Shown here: positions 10,403-20,697 of the stretch, one piece after another | How the letters are laid out: the number at the start of each line of letters is the position of its first letter | Position numbering within the stretch: the first letter of the stretch is position 1 | From: Bacilli bacterium | Lineage (GTDB): Bacteria; Bacillota_I; Bacilli_A; RFN20; CAG-288 | Direction of reading: 5' to 3' | DNA length: 63,425 nt | Assembly: GCA_041670225.1 (NCBI GenBank) | Contig: JBAXZU010000001.1 | Coordinates: 1-63,425, forward strand | The notes under the pieces: generated by a model | Database searches by the model: none | What the model saw: the letters and a program-made list of their open reading frames with translations, nothing else | What the model was told of the DNA's origin: nothing | Made by a program: the position numbers and the translations under genes

Positions 10403-12061
10403 TTATTGAGCGGTTAACTCATTAAAGAAATCAGTCGAACTTGAGGCTTTAGTTTCTTCCCCGAAATCAATCGTGCAAGGCTTTGGATCAGCTTTGGAAG
10501 TCTTTTTGAAAAGGTTGTAGGCTTCAATGAATTCGGCTTTGCTGATGGCAAGAACATGGTATTCCTTTTGGAAGGTTTCTTTGCTGATGGTAGCAAAAGC
10601 AATCTGAGCGGATTTTTTATTGATCTTAATCTTTTCGGCCAACATTTCATTGGTGACTAGAATAATATTTCCACCAATCAGTCTGATCTTTGATCCGTAG
10701 AGAGCTCTGGCTTCATAGGCGTTAGAGAAAGCAAACCGGTCTTTAAGGTTTTCCCATTGATCAGAGACGGCTTTTCTTTCCTTCACTTTTTCTTCAGGAA
10801 TAGCCATCATCATTAAATTCACCAATTCGTCTAGTGTGTATTTGATGATGTCATTATTATCTTTCTTTTCTTCTTCGACAGGCTTAGCCTCGAAACCGGA
10901 TGCTTTAGCCTCGACAACGACAGCCTTACTGGCAAGAACAGGTTCTTTCTTAGTTGGCTCTTTGCTTTCCATCCGAATGACCTTTGGCTGATTGTATCCT
11001 AAGATAATCGAGAGAAGAGTTAATTCCAGATGATTAAGAAGGTTATCGGAATTCCGGTAATCTCTTTTAGCTGAAATCAAGGTTTTGATGTTGTCTTCTA
11101 AGGTTTCTAATGGTTCATCAAATCCCTCACAGTCGGTCTTAGAAAGCTTATCAAGAAGTGATTCATCACTGGTTGTTTTATAGAGAAGAAGATCTTTATA
11201 TATGGCAATAAGATCGGAATGAAGTCGGATGATATCCATGCCTTTGCGGTATTTCTCACGAATTAATTTAATTAATTCATCACTCTTTTTTTCGTGAAGA
11301 AGATGGACAATGCTGATTTCATCTTTTAAAGACAATAATCCGAAAAGATTATCAACATCTTCCATGGTGACTTTGGTTCCGGAGTAGGAGACTAGTTGGT
11401 CAAGTAAGGACAAGGAATCACGGACACCGCCATCAGATAAGGAAGCAACCGCCTTAAGGGCTTCGATATCATAGCTGACATTTTCAGCCTTTAGAATTCT
11501 TTGCATATTTAAGACTAAGTCAGCTTCAGTGACCTTGCTGAAATCAAAACGCTGAACTCGGGAGAGAATAGTCGGAATGATTTTCTGGGGTTCGGTGGTA
11601 GCTAAAATGAAGACAACAAATGAGGGTGGTTCTTCTAAAGTTTTCAAAAGGGCATTGAAAGCAGAATTAGACATATTATGGACTTCATCAATGATATAGA
11701 CTTTGTAGCGTGACATGATTGGCTGATAAGCGACGTTATCAACTAAGTCTCTGACACTATCAACGGTGGAATTACTGGCAGCATCGATTTCAATGACATC
11801 CGGATGGTCACCCTGTGTGATAGCCTTACAGCTGTCACAGGAATTGCATTGCTTGCCTAAGCCTTCTTTGCAGTCTAAAGCTTTGGCAAAAAGTCGGGCC
11901 ATGGAAGTTTTTCCGGTTCCTCTTGGGCCACAGAAAAGATAGGCATGAGCAATCTTACCTTCGGAAATTGCATTCTTAAGGGTTTCGACAATTGCTTTCT
12001 GTCCGACTACTTCCTCAAAAGACTGAGGACGGTATTTGTTATAAAACGCTTGATAAGCCAC
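10403..12061 (-). CDS. dnaX: DNA polymerase III subunit gamma/tau
   Basis: 552 aa. YRPQSFEEVVGQ, Walker A GPRGTGKTS, zinc module CNSCDSC, SRVQRF sensor motif. Confidence 0.95.
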   Translation of the reverse strand: MAYQAFYNKYRPQSFEEVVGQKAIVETLKNAISEGKIAHAYLFCGPRGTGKTSMARLFAKALDCKEGLGKQCNSCDSCKAITQGDHPDVIEIDAASNSTVDSVRDLVDNVAYQPIMSRYKVYIIDEVHNMSNSAFNALLKTLEEPPSFVVFILATTEPQKIIPTILSRVQRFDFSKVTEADLVLNMQRILKAENVSYDIEALKAVASLSDGGVRDSLSLLDQLVSYSGTKVTMEDVDNLFGLLSLKDEISIVHLLHEKKSDELIKLIREKYRKGMDIIRLHSDLIAIYKDLLLYKTTSDESLLDKLSKTDCEGFDEPLETLEDNIKTLISAKRDYRNSDNLLNHLELTLLSIILGYNQPKVIRMESKEPTKKEPVLASKAVVVEAKASGFEAKPVEEEKKDNNDIIKYTLDELVNLMMMAIPEEKVKERKAVSDQWENLKDRFAFSNAYEARALYGSKIRLIGGNIILVTNEMLAEKIKINKKSAQIAFATISKETFQKEYHVLAISKAEFIEAYNLFKKTSKADPKPCTIDFGEETKASSSTDFFNELTAQ

Positions 12062-12211
12062 AATGGTTTCCTCTGTTTATATTATACAACAGGAAAGAGT
12101 TTTCTTTGTTGTATTACTGAATATTTTTTACTCTGTTTACTATCATCAAAAGTGAATTATCAAAAGAAATATCTAACAAAATTTCATATACAATAATAGA
12201 ATAATAAGGAA

Positions 12212-13132
12212 ATGAAAAATGCTTTAAAAAGATTTGGCGGTTTTATCACTAGAATCGATGTCATGAACAGAATTCTTGTTATTCTTTCAATGGCCTTCTT
12301 TTTGGTTATCCCCTCAATGGTCCTTTATTATCTCAACGAGAGCAATTTTTCTCTTGAAGTAGTGGTTCCCTGTCTTATGGTTATCGGTTTAGTTGTAGGC
12401 ACAGGGCTATTCTGTCTTTATAAACCAATTAGGACTTCTTTCTTTTATTTTATTGAAACTGGTTTTGTTTTGTTCATGTATCATGATTTCTTTCTTTCTC
12501 TGAAAGTAGAAGGAATTCATGGAGTATTTGATATGAACGCTCTTTTTTGGATTCAGATAGTTTATTGCCTGATTGCTGTTTTTCTTAACTTGATATATTT
12601 CATTAAATCCTTAAACCGCTATTTGAAATCAAAAATTGCTTTTAATGAAAACACTAATGCTGATAGCCTTTATGATTTCCTTAATGGTGGTGAAACAAAT
12701 AAAACTATTGAGAAGAAAGTATCTGAAATTATGCCGGATTCTAGTTCTAAGAACCGCATGAATTTTCTTAAGAATGTTAAACTCTCAAGAATCTTCAGAG
12801 TAGTATCTTTTGTGGCTTTTGCAATGATTTTCTTTGATACAATTGTAAATATTGAAGCTAATACCTTATCACTTGTCTATGTTCCGGCAATTAATGGATT
12901 GCTTTCCTTATTCTTCTTACTTCTTTTTTCAGTCTATCTTCCGGGAGATTTTAAATATTTATACTATTACACCGGAATCTTTACCTTAGTCATGATGATT
13001 CTCTGTGCCAGTGAGTGTTCCCTTAATCCGTTTTTCATGATTATTGTTTTAATTATCTTCAGCTGTGCTCTTTTAGTGACCTTGATAACTGAAGGAAGAA
13101 CCTGGACCGGTGCTCAGCCTGACTCCAAATAA
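12212..13132 (+). CDS. hypothetical polytopic membrane protein
   Basis: 306 aa, about 8 hydrophobic segments. No recognisable motif. Confidence 0.5.
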   Translation: MKNALKRFGGFITRIDVMNRILVILSMAFFLVIPSMVLYYLNESNFSLEVVVPCLMVIGLVVGTGLFCLYKPIRTSFFYFIETGFVLFMYHDFFLSLKVEGIHGVFDMNALFWIQIVYCLIAVFLNLIYFIKSLNRYLKSKIAFNENTNADSLYDFLNGGETNKTIEKKVSEIMPDSSSKNRMNFLKNVKLSRIFRVVSFVAFAMIFFDTIVNIEANTLSLVYVPAINGLLSLFFLLLFSVYLPGDFKYLYYYTGIFTLVMMILCASECSLNPFFMIIVLIIFSCALLVTLITEGRTWTGAQPDSK

Positions 13133-13244
13133 AGTCAGTTATAAGTATTATTGTTTCTGGTCCTTGGTTTTCTTTTAAAAAAATATCGTTGATATTTATT
13201 TAATAATGATATAATTTTCTTGTTATTTCAGAAGGAGAACAACT

Positions 13245-15032
13245 ATGGAAGATAATGCAATTCTTGAGCCTCTTAAGGAATGGTCGACTCTAAAGGATAA
13301 ATGCCATCAGAATGCTATCGAATATTATAATGAGATGGTTAAAAAATCGGCTATTGATGAGAAAGCAAATAATTCAACCTGCGATGAATATAATGCTGCT
13401 TATGCTGCCTATCAGAAAGCTTTGAAGAAAGTAGGAAGTGCTACTGTTATTAAAGTTCTTCTAATCATCCTTGATGTTCTTGTTTTCATCGCTGCCTTAG
13501 TAATGATTATTTTAGCTTTTGTTGTTGAAGGCATGATGACTGTCGGACTTATCGTTGGAATCTGTTTGGTTTTGCTTGGTGCCGGAATCATTGTATTTCT
13601 TTGCCTCAAAATCCAGAAACTATTGGAAAACCGCAGACTGAAAGCTGAAAAATTAAAAGAAAAGGTTGATAAGCTTTTTGCTACTGCCAATGCTCAGATG
13701 GCTCCTCTGAATGCTTTGTTTGATTGGGGAATGATGGCTGAAGTTATTGAAAAGACTACTCCTCTCATTCAGATGGATAAGAACTTCGATGTTGAAAAAT
13801 TCCAATATCTGCATGAACACTATGGATTGACTGATAATAATAATCCTAAGGAATCTACCGCCTTTGTCCAATCGGGATCAATCAAAGGAAATCCTTTCAT
13901 TGTTGTCAGACAGAATCATCAGATTGATTCTCAAAAGACCTATACCGGAAGTATTACTATTTCTTGGACTACTCATGGAACTGATTCTCAGGGTCATTCT
14001 ACTACAATCTCTCATTCTCAGACACTGACTGCCTCAGAAACAAAATTCTATCCAGTCTATAATTATGATACTTTCCTCGTTTATGCTAATGATGCTGCTC
14101 CTGATCTTCATTTTTCAAGAACTCCTCAGGTTGAAAAAGGAACTGATGATAATAAGATTAAGAGAATGGTTAAGAAAGGTTCTAAGGAACTTGATAAGTT
14201 GGAAAAGAAGGAGCTTATGGATAATGATGCTTCAACCAACTTTACCAGCATGGGAAATGATGAGTTCGATGTTCTCTTTCATGCCGTTGACCGTGATAAT
14301 GAAGTTCAGTTCCGTCTGCTCTTCACTGTTCTGGCTCAGAGAAACATGGTTGATCTGATTAAATCCGATGAACCATATGGTGATGACTTCAATTTCACCA
14401 AGATTAAGAAACTGAACTATATTCAGTCAAAGCATTCTCAGAGAGAAGATATTTACGGAAATCCGACTAAGTTCTTCAGTCATGATTGCCGTCTTAGCCG
14501 CAATTCCTTTGTTGATTACTGCGATAAATACTTCCAGTGCCTCTACTTTGATTTAGCTCCTGTCATCTCTATTCCGCTTTATCAGATGAATAAGCCCAGA
14601 GAATACATCTACAATGAACCGATTACTTCTAACCTTACTAGCTATGAAATGGAAACTCTTGCTAATTCCTTTGATGAAAATATGGTTAAGCCTGCTACTT
14701 GTACTACCTGTACTATTAAGAAGACTCAGTTCCTGTCTAAGGAAGGTGATACTGATAAAGCCTTACTTACTTCCTATGGATTCCGTGGTGAAAGAAGAGT
14801 CACTAATCACTCAGTTATGGGCGGAGACGGAAGAATGCATGTTATTCCGGTCAGCTGGGTTGAATACATACCAGTTAAGAGAGAACTTATGATGAAAGCT
14901 AAGAATGCTTCTGAAACTAAGAAGACTTTCTCGGAAAAAGTTAACTCCTATGCTTCAGCCTTAGGAAGTGATACTCTGTCCTATCAAAGAAAGCTGGTTG
15001 CTGCTTTATCTGAATATACTTCTAACAATTAA
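13245..15032 (+). CDS. hypothetical membrane-anchored protein (two TM segments, large C-terminal domain)
   Basis: 595 aa. Strong AAGGAGA RBS. TM hairpin around aa 65-120, then a coiled-coil. Adjacent to LemA. Confidence 0.55.
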   Translation: MEDNAILEPLKEWSTLKDKCHQNAIEYYNEMVKKSAIDEKANNSTCDEYNAAYAAYQKALKKVGSATVIKVLLIILDVLVFIAALVMIILAFVVEGMMTVGLIVGICLVLLGAGIIVFLCLKIQKLLENRRLKAEKLKEKVDKLFATANAQMAPLNALFDWGMMAEVIEKTTPLIQMDKNFDVEKFQYLHEHYGLTDNNNPKESTAFVQSGSIKGNPFIVVRQNHQIDSQKTYTGSITISWTTHGTDSQGHSTTISHSQTLTASETKFYPVYNYDTFLVYANDAAPDLHFSRTPQVEKGTDDNKIKRMVKKGSKELDKLEKKELMDNDASTNFTSMGNDEFDVLFHAVDRDNEVQFRLLFTVLAQRNMVDLIKSDEPYGDDFNFTKIKKLNYIQSKHSQREDIYGNPTKFFSHDCRLSRNSFVDYCDKYFQCLYFDLAPVISIPLYQMNKPREYIYNEPITSNLTSYEMETLANSFDENMVKPATCTTCTIKKTQFLSKEGDTDKALLTSYGFRGERRVTNHSVMGGDGRMHVIPVSWVEYIPVKRELMMKAKNASETKKTFSEKVNSYASALGSDTLSYQRKLVAALSEYTSNN

Positions 15033-15115
15033 TTATTAATCTTTAGCTTAAATAAATTTGTTTTCAAATTATAAGTGCTAGAATATACATAATTCTACAA
15101 AAAGGAGATTATAAT

Positions 15116-15784
15116 ATGGCAAATGAATTAGACGAAATTAATGGCCCAGTTAATGAAAAAGGCCGTGATGTCAATGTTATCGAAAAACAGATACCGATAA
15201 CTGTCGGAGCCGGAACATACGTCTTTATCGTTCTTCTCTTCATCCTTGGTATTATTCCTGGAATCATCTTCTTAGGAATGACCATCAAAGCCCGTACCTA
15301 CTTACGTCAGCTTCAGCAGAAGATTCAGCATAATGCTTCTCAGCTTGATAACTATCTTGAACAGAGAGTTGTCATTCTTCAGAACGCTGCCAAGCTTCTT
15401 GATAAGGCTGTTGATCTTGATAAGACCATCCTTACTGAAGTAGCTGCCTATCGTGGTGGAGTTACTCCTAACAGTGATGCTGCCAGAAATGAAGTTGCTT
15501 CCAAGGTTGAATCCATCGGAAACAAAGTCAACATTGCTATGGAACAGTATCCTGACATTAAGGCTCATTCTGAGATTGCTGACTGTATGCAGCAGAACTC
15601 CTATCTCCAGAAGGAAATCACTGCCGCCAGAGAAACCTACAATGACACTGTCCTTGAATGGAATACTACTATTCAGCGTTGGCCAGTCTATCAGTTTGTT
15701 GCCGCTAAGCAGGGTTACACCACTCGTGTTCCTTTCGCTGCATCAGCTGAGATGAAGGAAAAGGCCAGAGGCACTTTCTTCTAA
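15116..15784 (+). CDS. lemA: LemA family protein
   Basis: 222 aa. Single N-terminal TM. YPDIKAH...YNDTVLEWNTTIQRWPV matches the conserved LemA C-terminal pattern. Confidence 0.85.
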   Translation: MANELDEINGPVNEKGRDVNVIEKQIPITVGAGTYVFIVLLFILGIIPGIIFLGMTIKARTYLRQLQQKIQHNASQLDNYLEQRVVILQNAAKLLDKAVDLDKTILTEVAAYRGGVTPNSDAARNEVASKVESIGNKVNIAMEQYPDIKAHSEIADCMQQNSYLQKEITAARETYNDTVLEWNTTIQRWPVYQFVAAKQGYTTRVPFAASAEMKEKARGTFF

Positions 15785-15799
15785 ACCAAAAAATAAAAA

Positions 15800-15827
15800 G
15801 CGTCCTGTTGATTCAGGACGTTTTTTA
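15800..15827. terminator. rho-independent terminator between lemA and the convergent MATE gene
   Basis: CGTCCTG-ttgatt-CAGGACG stem followed by TTTTTT. A-run upstream. Confidence 0.75.
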
Positions 15828-15900
15828 TTGCTTAGTTTTCTTTACTAGGTGTGAAAAGTCAGATTCTCTCTACCGTTTTATTAAATCTAAGAATGGATTA

Positions 15901-17286
15901 TCAGGCGTCTTCTTGATTCAGAGAACCATCATCGGTTATTTTCTTAGCTTCCTGAGCTTTATCTTTTTTTCTAAAGATGAAGTAAGCGATGAGACAGATG
16001 ATAATCTGAACAAGAGAGGAAATAGGTGTGGCTAGACCAATCAGGAATAATGATTCGTTTCCAATCTGACTAAAAAGATAGACCAAAGGAATTCTGACCA
16101 GAAATGATCCAAAGATTCCTTGGAACATGACAAAAATTGTTTTCTCACAGCCATTGAAGTAACCAATAAAGCAGAAGAGAACAGCCGTCATCACACAATC
16201 AATTGAATAGGCTTTTAAGTAGGAATGGGTAGCAGCTATGACTTGAGAATCATTTGAGAAAATACTGGCTAAATGGTCACCGGCTAGGAAAGCTAAAAGC
16301 CCCATGAGGATTCCGGCTATTAAGGCTGCCTCAATTCCGTATAGCAAGGCTTTTCGGGAACGGTCAGTTTGTTTAGCACCGTTATTCTGGGCGACAAAAG
16401 CTGCCATTGACTGCATGAAGGCGGATGCAACCAGCATCAGGAAGGCACAGACTTTTTCGCCTACTCCGATAGCCGCTGATTCGACTAGACCGATCTTGTT
16501 GACTGTGGACTGAATAAAGATAAAGGAAAAGCCAACTAACAATTCCTGAAGAGCGACAGGTAGACCAATCATCACAATTCGTTTGACATAATATGGATCA
16601 AGTCGGATGTCTTTTTTATTTAGTTTTATCGGAATGTTTCGAAATTTGATGATGATTAGTGAGGCTATAACACTGAAAGCCTGAGCAATGATGGTGGCTA
16701 AGGCGGCTCCAGAGGCCCCCATATTCAGACCAACAACAAAGAGAAAGTCGCCTCCGATATTGATGACACAGGCAATAGCAACCGTAATCAAAGGTGTTTT
16801 TGAATCTCCGATTCCTCTAAAAATCGCACCTATGATATTGTAGGCAATGATAAAAAGGATTCCACCGCCACAAATTCGGATATAGTTGGTGGTCTGACTG
16901 ACTGCATCAGTTGGTGCATTCATTAATACTGCAATCTGAGGAGCAAAAATAGTAAGAATCAAGGTCGATATCAATCCTATAAGAAGAAAAAGAATAATTC
17001 CGGTTCCGATGGCTTTGCTGGCTTTCTCCTTCTGTTTGCTTCCGATGGCCTCGGATATCAGAACAGTGACTCCGATAGCAAAACAGGTGATAACATTGCC
17101 AAAAGCGGTCGTGAACATGCTTCCGGTGGCAACACCGGACTGATCCGCTATCTGAGAAAATTTCCCGACAACTAATAAATCTACTGCTCCATACATGGCC
17201 TGAAGAAATAAGGCTAATAGAATTGGGATAGCGAAACGAAGCAGGCTTTTAAGGATATTTCCTTGAGTAAGTTGGTTTTCTTTCAT
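15901..17286 (-). CDS. MATE family efflux transporter
   Basis: 461 aa, 12 predicted TM segments. N-terminal ILKSLLRFAIPILLALFLQAMYGAVDLLVVG is a typical MatE signature. Confidence 0.9.
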   Translation of the reverse strand: MKENQLTQGNILKSLLRFAIPILLALFLQAMYGAVDLLVVGKFSQIADQSGVATGSMFTTAFGNVITCFAIGVTVLISEAIGSKQKEKASKAIGTGIILFLLIGLISTLILTIFAPQIAVLMNAPTDAVSQTTNYIRICGGGILFIIAYNIIGAIFRGIGDSKTPLITVAIACVINIGGDFLFVVGLNMGASGAALATIIAQAFSVIASLIIIKFRNIPIKLNKKDIRLDPYYVKRIVMIGLPVALQELLVGFSFIFIQSTVNKIGLVESAAIGVGEKVCAFLMLVASAFMQSMAAFVAQNNGAKQTDRSRKALLYGIEAALIAGILMGLLAFLAGDHLASIFSNDSQVIAATHSYLKAYSIDCVMTAVLFCFIGYFNGCEKTIFVMFQGIFGSFLVRIPLVYLFSQIGNESLFLIGLATPISSLVQIIICLIAYFIFRKKDKAQEAKKITDDGSLNQEDA

Positions 17287-17290
17287 AATT

Positions 17291-17342
17291 TTTAATAAAA
17301 AACTGGATAAGACATTAAGATTTCTCTCAACATCTTATCCAG
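17291..17342 (-). terminator. rho-independent terminator downstream of the DUF5131-like gene
   Basis: CTGGATAAGA / TCTTATCCAG 10-bp stem (17303-17312 and 17333-17342), followed on the minus strand by a TTTTTT run. Confidence 0.6.
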
Positions 17343-17432
17343 TCAATAACTATTTTGGTTATTCACCCTCCGATGGCGGTAGCTATCATAACAAACATAA
17401 ATAATCTTGTCAATTTTTTTAGAGAATGTCTA

Positions 17433-18332
17433 TCAAAGACTTTCATCAGGTGGCAGCTGTTTACATTTTCCGCAGTTGGGACATCCGTTGCAGATGATTC
17501 TGTTTCCGCATTGACTGCAGTTGACACTGGTGAATTTAGGCTGATACAGTTTATTTTCTTTGATTTCCCAGCCTAAGGGATCCCGTAAAATATAATTTGT
17601 TTTTTTGCCCTGATAGGAAAGCCCGCTTTTATAAGCCATTTTGGTCTGAATGAATTTATTAGGAATATTATAGGTTTTGTGATCTTTGATAAAATTAGTT
17701 CCGGTCTCGATAAAAGCAAAGGTAGTGTTAGTTTTCTGACATTGGTCGGATAAGTATTTAACCCAGTCATAGTCGCAAGGACGACAGCCAGTATAATTCT
17801 CTCCGCCGCAGATAACCTGTTCAATGAATCCTTCTTTTAGATAATCACTGATATTGATTTCTCCTAATAAAGGAGCAGTCATGATTCCTTTGTGTTTGAA
17901 AGGAAGACTTCTGAGAATTGGTATTCTTTCGTCCGCTCTTTTTTGGTTTTCACAGGTGATATTGAAAAAGACATTATCATATCCATCTGCCCAATCATCC
18001 GGAAGACAGTGTAAGACTCTTTCCGGTCTTTTAGTAAGTAAAAAGAAAATGACATCACTTCTTTTTCGGATGATTTCCCAGGCCTGTTCTCGGAATAGGT
18101 CGGCTCCTTCAACAAAAAAATCGCTAGTCATGCAGACACGAATTAATTCACCGGATTTTATTTTATACAAACCGTCTTTGTTTTTGCTTAAGGGATAACG
18201 AAAAGAACCGGTTTTAATCACCTGGGTTGAATTCCCGTTTCCGTGAACCTTATCAAGAAACATCATATAACAGTTTTCACAACCTTCGCTCTTCTTCTGA
18301 CAGCCATGCCAGGGATTCCAGATATCATGCAT
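17433..18332 (-). CDS. DUF5131 / phage Gp37-Gp68 family protein with Cys-rich C-terminal tail
   Basis: 299 aa. N-terminal WNPWHGCQKKSEGCENCY three-Cys motif typical of this family. C-terminus CSQCGNRIICNGCPNCGKC. Confidence 0.7.
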   Translation of the reverse strand: MHDIWNPWHGCQKKSEGCENCYMMFLDKVHGNGNSTQVIKTGSFRYPLSKNKDGLYKIKSGELIRVCMTSDFFVEGADLFREQAWEIIRKRSDVIFFLLTKRPERVLHCLPDDWADGYDNVFFNITCENQKRADERIPILRSLPFKHKGIMTAPLLGEINISDYLKEGFIEQVICGGENYTGCRPCDYDWVKYLSDQCQKTNTTFAFIETGTNFIKDHKTYNIPNKFIQTKMAYKSGLSYQGKKTNYILRDPLGWEIKENKLYQPKFTSVNCSQCGNRIICNGCPNCGKCKQLPPDESL

Positions 18333-18380
18333 ATGTTTGATTCTCCTGTATTCATATAATTGTAATTTTTTTTAATATCA

Positions 18381-18438
18381 AAAGAATAAAAAATCTAATC
18401 AGCTGAAAATTTTTTTAAAAACAAATTATCAGCTGATT
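18381..18438 (-). terminator. possible terminator of the prfA-prmC operon (weak)
   Basis: AATCAGCTG (18397-18405) pairs with CAGCTGATT (18430-18438). Long AT-rich loop. T-rich run follows on the minus strand. Confidence 0.35.
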
Positions 18439-18555
18439 GATTTAAATTTAACAATTAACATTATTAAAATATGTTAGTACATATTTGATAGTAGTCTTAT
18501 CTATTAAGCTTATATGTTTAACAATTCCTTTCTTATACTAGGAATTGTTATTTGA

Positions 18556-19362
18556 TTATTTCTTTCTTACTTCGAGATAACGGTTTTTATTCTCCATATC
18601 TTTTATTAGCGTGATTTCATATCCCTGAGGATAGATAGAAAGGAAGATATCTTTCACTTTCAAAGCATTAGAAGCTTCCAGTTCAAAGAAAGCGGCTCCG
18701 TCTTTATTCAGTTTCTTATCAAGAAGAGAAAATATCTTTCGATAGGAATCACAGCCGTCTTTTCCACTGTATAAAGCTAACTCCGGTTCAAAAGGAGCCT
18801 CAGTATCAATAGAGTCTTCTTCGATATAAGGAGGATTAGAAATAATGACATCAAAGGTGTCATTGATATCGGATAAGAAATCAGATTTAAGAAAACTGAT
18901 ATCTAGGTTATTGAATTTAGCAGATTTCTTAGCTAAATCCAAAGCTTTATCGGAAATATCTGAGGCTGTAACCTGACTGTCAGGGTAAATGGATTTGATA
19001 GCCATAGCGATAAAACCTGAGCCAGTACAGAGATCAAGAACTTTGTGATTGTTGAATTCGTAGTATCCTTTGAGATATCCGTAAATAAAAGCGATAGTTT
19101 CAGTTCGGGGAATGAGAACATCTTCGGTCAGAAAAACCTTATTTTCTCGGATGATATCATAACCTGAGAGATAGACAGCCGGATATCCCGACTGAAGTCT
19201 CTCAAGTACATATTTGAAATCTTCTTCATTGATAGAATCTTCTTCACCGTGAATTCCTAAAGAATTGAAGTCCATACCAAAATATCCGTCAATAACGGTT
19301 CTGATATCAGCTAAAGGAATTTTATGGTTGTAGAAGGAACTGACGGCTTGGTTATAGGTCAT
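18556..19362 (-). CDS. prmC: peptide chain release factor N5-glutamine methyltransferase
   Basis: 268 aa. SAM motif LDLCTGSG, catalytic NPPY (ISNPPYI). Starts 2 nt after prfA. Confidence 0.9.
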   Translation of the reverse strand: MTYNQAVSSFYNHKIPLADIRTVIDGYFGMDFNSLGIHGEEDSINEEDFKYVLERLQSGYPAVYLSGYDIIRENKVFLTEDVLIPRTETIAFIYGYLKGYYEFNNHKVLDLCTGSGFIAMAIKSIYPDSQVTASDISDKALDLAKKSAKFNNLDISFLKSDFLSDINDTFDVIISNPPYIEEDSIDTEAPFEPELALYSGKDGCDSYRKIFSLLDKKLNKDGAAFFELEASNALKVKDIFLSIYPQGYEITLIKDMENKNRYLEVRKK

Positions 19363-19364
19363 TT

Positions 19365-20468
19365 TTAGGCTAAATGTTCTTCAAAGGCAGCCTGAAGCTT
19401 TTTGGTTTCTTCTTCAAGCATATCTTTCTGGTTGGCTTCATTCAGGGCGTGGACAATCTCATCAAGATCACCATCCATGAACTTCGGAAGATTAAGAGTG
19501 GACCAACCGATACGATGATCAGTGACACGGTTCTGAGGATAGTTGTAGGTTCTGATTCTTTCGTTTCTTTCACCAGTTCCGATCTTCAGTCTTCTCTCAC
19601 CACCGACTTTAGCTTCCATTTCAGCATCCTGCTGGGCCTGAAGCTTGGCTTTCAGCATGACCATACAGGTTTCTTTGTTGGCTAACTGATCTCTTTCAAT
19701 CTGGCAGGAAACAACAATTCCGGAAGGAATATGTGTGATTCTGACAGCTGATTCGGTTTTATTGACGTTCTGACCTCCGGCACCGGAAGAGTGGAAAGTA
19801 TCCATCTTAAGATCGGCAGGGTTGATAACAATATCAACATGCTGAACTTCTGGCATGACCAGAACAGTAGCGGTGGAAGTCTGAATTCGGCCGTTAGCTT
19901 CGGTGACAGGAACTCTCTGAACACGGTGAGCACCACTTTCGAACTTTAATTTGGAATAGACACCTTTTCCTTTGATTTTAAGGGAAATGAGTGAGTATCC
20001 GCCTAATGGTGTCGGATCAGAGTCAAGAACCTGAATCTTCCAACCATTTTTATCAGCGTAGTGAGTATACATTCTGTATAAGTCACCAGCAAAAATGTTA
20101 GCTTCATCACCTCCAGCGGCACCACGGATTTCCATGATGATGTTCTTATCATCATTTTCATCTTTAGGAAGTAAGGCAATCTTAATTTCGGCTCTTTTGG
20201 TTTCTTCATCACTGACAGCAGTATCGAATTCCATTTTGGCCATTTCCTTGATATCAGGATCTGAATCCTTCATCATTTCTTCGGCATCAGTTCTAGTCTG
20301 CTGAATAGCAAGAAGCTCGTTAAACATTCTGACAGGTTCATCTAAGGTTGCTCTTTCTTTACTGAGCTTGGTGACTGTCGGAATATCTAAGGTTCCTTTT
20401 TCAAGTAATTTATCAATATCGGCAAGACGAATTTTCATCGCCTTAAGTCTTTCAATCATGTAATCCAT
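19365..20468 (-). CDS. prfA: peptide chain release factor 1
   Basis: 367 aa. GGQ motif (SGAGGQNVNK). PVT tripeptide anticodon region (RVPVTEANGRIQTS) corresponds to the RF1 PxT motif. Confidence 0.96.
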   Translation of the reverse strand: MDYMIERLKAMKIRLADIDKLLEKGTLDIPTVTKLSKERATLDEPVRMFNELLAIQQTRTDAEEMMKDSDPDIKEMAKMEFDTAVSDEETKRAEIKIALLPKDENDDKNIIMEIRGAAGGDEANIFAGDLYRMYTHYADKNGWKIQVLDSDPTPLGGYSLISLKIKGKGVYSKLKFESGAHRVQRVPVTEANGRIQTSTATVLVMPEVQHVDIVINPADLKMDTFHSSGAGGQNVNKTESAVRITHIPSGIVVSCQIERDQLANKETCMVMLKAKLQAQQDAEMEAKVGGERRLKIGTGERNERIRTYNYPQNRVTDHRIGWSTLNLPKFMDGDLDEIVHALNEANQKDMLEEETKKLQAAFEEHLA

Positions 20469-20697
20469 ATTATTTTTTCTCCTTTTTAATGATTTTTAAC
20501 TATAACGAACGCATTAAAAGGGGCCCTATAAGAAACTGAGGGCAATACTAAGAACGGTGAAAGTATTAAAATGTAAATGTTTCATAGCCTTTAAATTTTA
20601 TCATAAACGCGATTATTCGTGTAGATTATTTAAGATATTGTTGAGAAGAATGCATTTTGAGCTGATTTAGTATATAATTTTTCTAGATAGGTGAAAT

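Noticed and set aside
15808-16035. 75-aa plus-strand ORF after lemA
   Set aside because: It starts inside the lemA terminator and runs antisense into the MATE gene 3' end.
17355-18198. ORFs 17355-17576 (+), 17573-17824 (-), 17854-18198 (+) and 17879-18115 (-)
   Set aside because: All overlap the DUF5131-like gene, which carries the family's Cys motif in the 17433-18332 frame.
17433-18332. Prophage or mobile element inferred from the phage-associated DUF5131 family
   Set aside because: There is no integrase, transposase, terminal repeat, tRNA target or other phage gene nearby. The flanking genes are ordinary chromosomal genes.
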